In this document: positions 63,424-64,000 of the stretch, piece by piece
Position numbering within the stretch: position 1 is the stretch's first letter
Layout of the letters: every line of letters starts with the position of its first letter
Source of the DNA: Christensenellaceae bacterium
GTDB lineage: Bacteria; Bacillota; Clostridia; Christensenellales; Borkfalkiaceae
DNA: 64,000 bases
Direction: 5' to 3'
Assembly (NCBI GenBank): GCA_045535015.1
Contig: JAZSKW010000010.1
Span: 101,051 to 165,050 of the forward strand
Made by a program: the position numbers and the translations under genes
The notes under the pieces: model-generated
What the model was told of the DNA's origin: nothing
The model's input: only the letters and a program-made list of their open reading frames with translations
Databases searched by the model: none

Positions 63424-63645
63424 TTTCAATTTATTTTTTATCTATCACATAAAAATTTCATTTATTTTTCCAATTTTCCAATTTTTTTATTTTTTAATTT
63501 AATTTACAACTAAATTGGTTAATAACTGCCATAATCCCACTTTTTATTCAGCGGGCTTTTCGGTTATACTTTTGTAAAACAACAATTTGCAAAATCAAAA
63601 AAATCTTATATAAAAATCAAACAAAATTTATTTTTGGAGAAAAAT

Positions 63646-64000
63646 TTTGAAAGAATTTAATACCATTATAATCGGTGGCGGTGCTTCCGGGCTAATGTGC
63701 GCCGTTGAACTTTTGAGCGGCAACGAAGCTTTTTTAGGCAACCGTGTCTTAATTTTAGAGGCTAACGATAGGGTTGCAAAAAAACTATCGGCAACAGGCA
63801 ACGGACAAGGCAACCTTACAAACAAAAGCATCAAAGCTGAAAATTTTTACGGCGATAAACAGTTTATTGAAGCCTTTTTGTCAACGGAAAAATCGCTTGA
63901 CCTAAAAAATTACTTTTATAAAATGGGCATACCGCTTACAGAGGGGGCGGAGGGTAAAATGTATCCTCTATCCAAGCAAGCAAATGCCGTAACCGACATT
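63646..64000 (+). CDS. FAD-binding protein of the HI0933/BaiN-like family, 3'-truncated by window edge (not in the ORF track)
   Basis: TTG at 63646 lies 7 nt after GGAGA. Translation by hand: LKEFNTIIIGGGASGLMCAVEL...LEANDRVAKKLSATGNGQGNLTN. It is open to the end of the window. Confidence 0.6.

Overview
The window looks like a chromosomal segment from a low-GC, Gram-positive anaerobe (Clostridia-like, judged from gene content and gene order). It is densely packed with about 55 credible CDS, one tRNA-Pro and many intrinsic terminators. Most genes are housekeeping or central metabolism. From left to right:
- holA (5' partial), cdaA, DUF1015, aspartokinase, malic enzyme, tRNA-Pro.
- NfnAB immediately followed by a trimeric bifurcating-type [FeFe] hydrogenase (hydC-hydB-hydA).
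- A candidate Mn2+ (yybP-ykoY) riboswitch in front of a P-type ATPase.
- A fused MacB-like ABC transporter preceded by a perfect CIRCE element.
- A small AT-rich SLOG/XRE islet.
- rpmB / asp23 / yloV / recG, then degV.
- An amino-acid ABC transporter.
- A five-gene sugar/aminosugar-like cluster.
- rplU-rpmA, ogg.
- A NifU-like + GGGtGRT gene pair, then ald.
- serC-serA, RNase J, trmR-like + U32 peptidase.
- TetR plus feoA-feoA-feoB, copA, parE-parC, ychF, argS, a HAD hydrolase and a 3'-partial FAD protein.

I saw no CRISPR array, transposase, integrase, prophage or recognisable defence system, and I cannot point to a clear-cut novel multi-gene system.

The most unusual items, all readable directly from the sequence:
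1. A circularly permuted substrate-binding lipoprotein in the amino-acid ABC operon.
2. A perfect sigmaA-promoter + CIRCE operator with no chaperone gene behind it.
3. An AT-rich ald cassette that left a diverged relic of the 3' end of the neighbouring GGGtGRT gene.
4. L27 carrying a pro-peptide-like N-terminus, with no prp gene between rplU and rpmA.
5. RNase J with a roughly 127-aa lysine-rich N-terminal extension.
6. A 100-bp duplication carrying the 5' end of tRNA-Pro.

All functional calls rest on motif recognition by eye. No database search was run.
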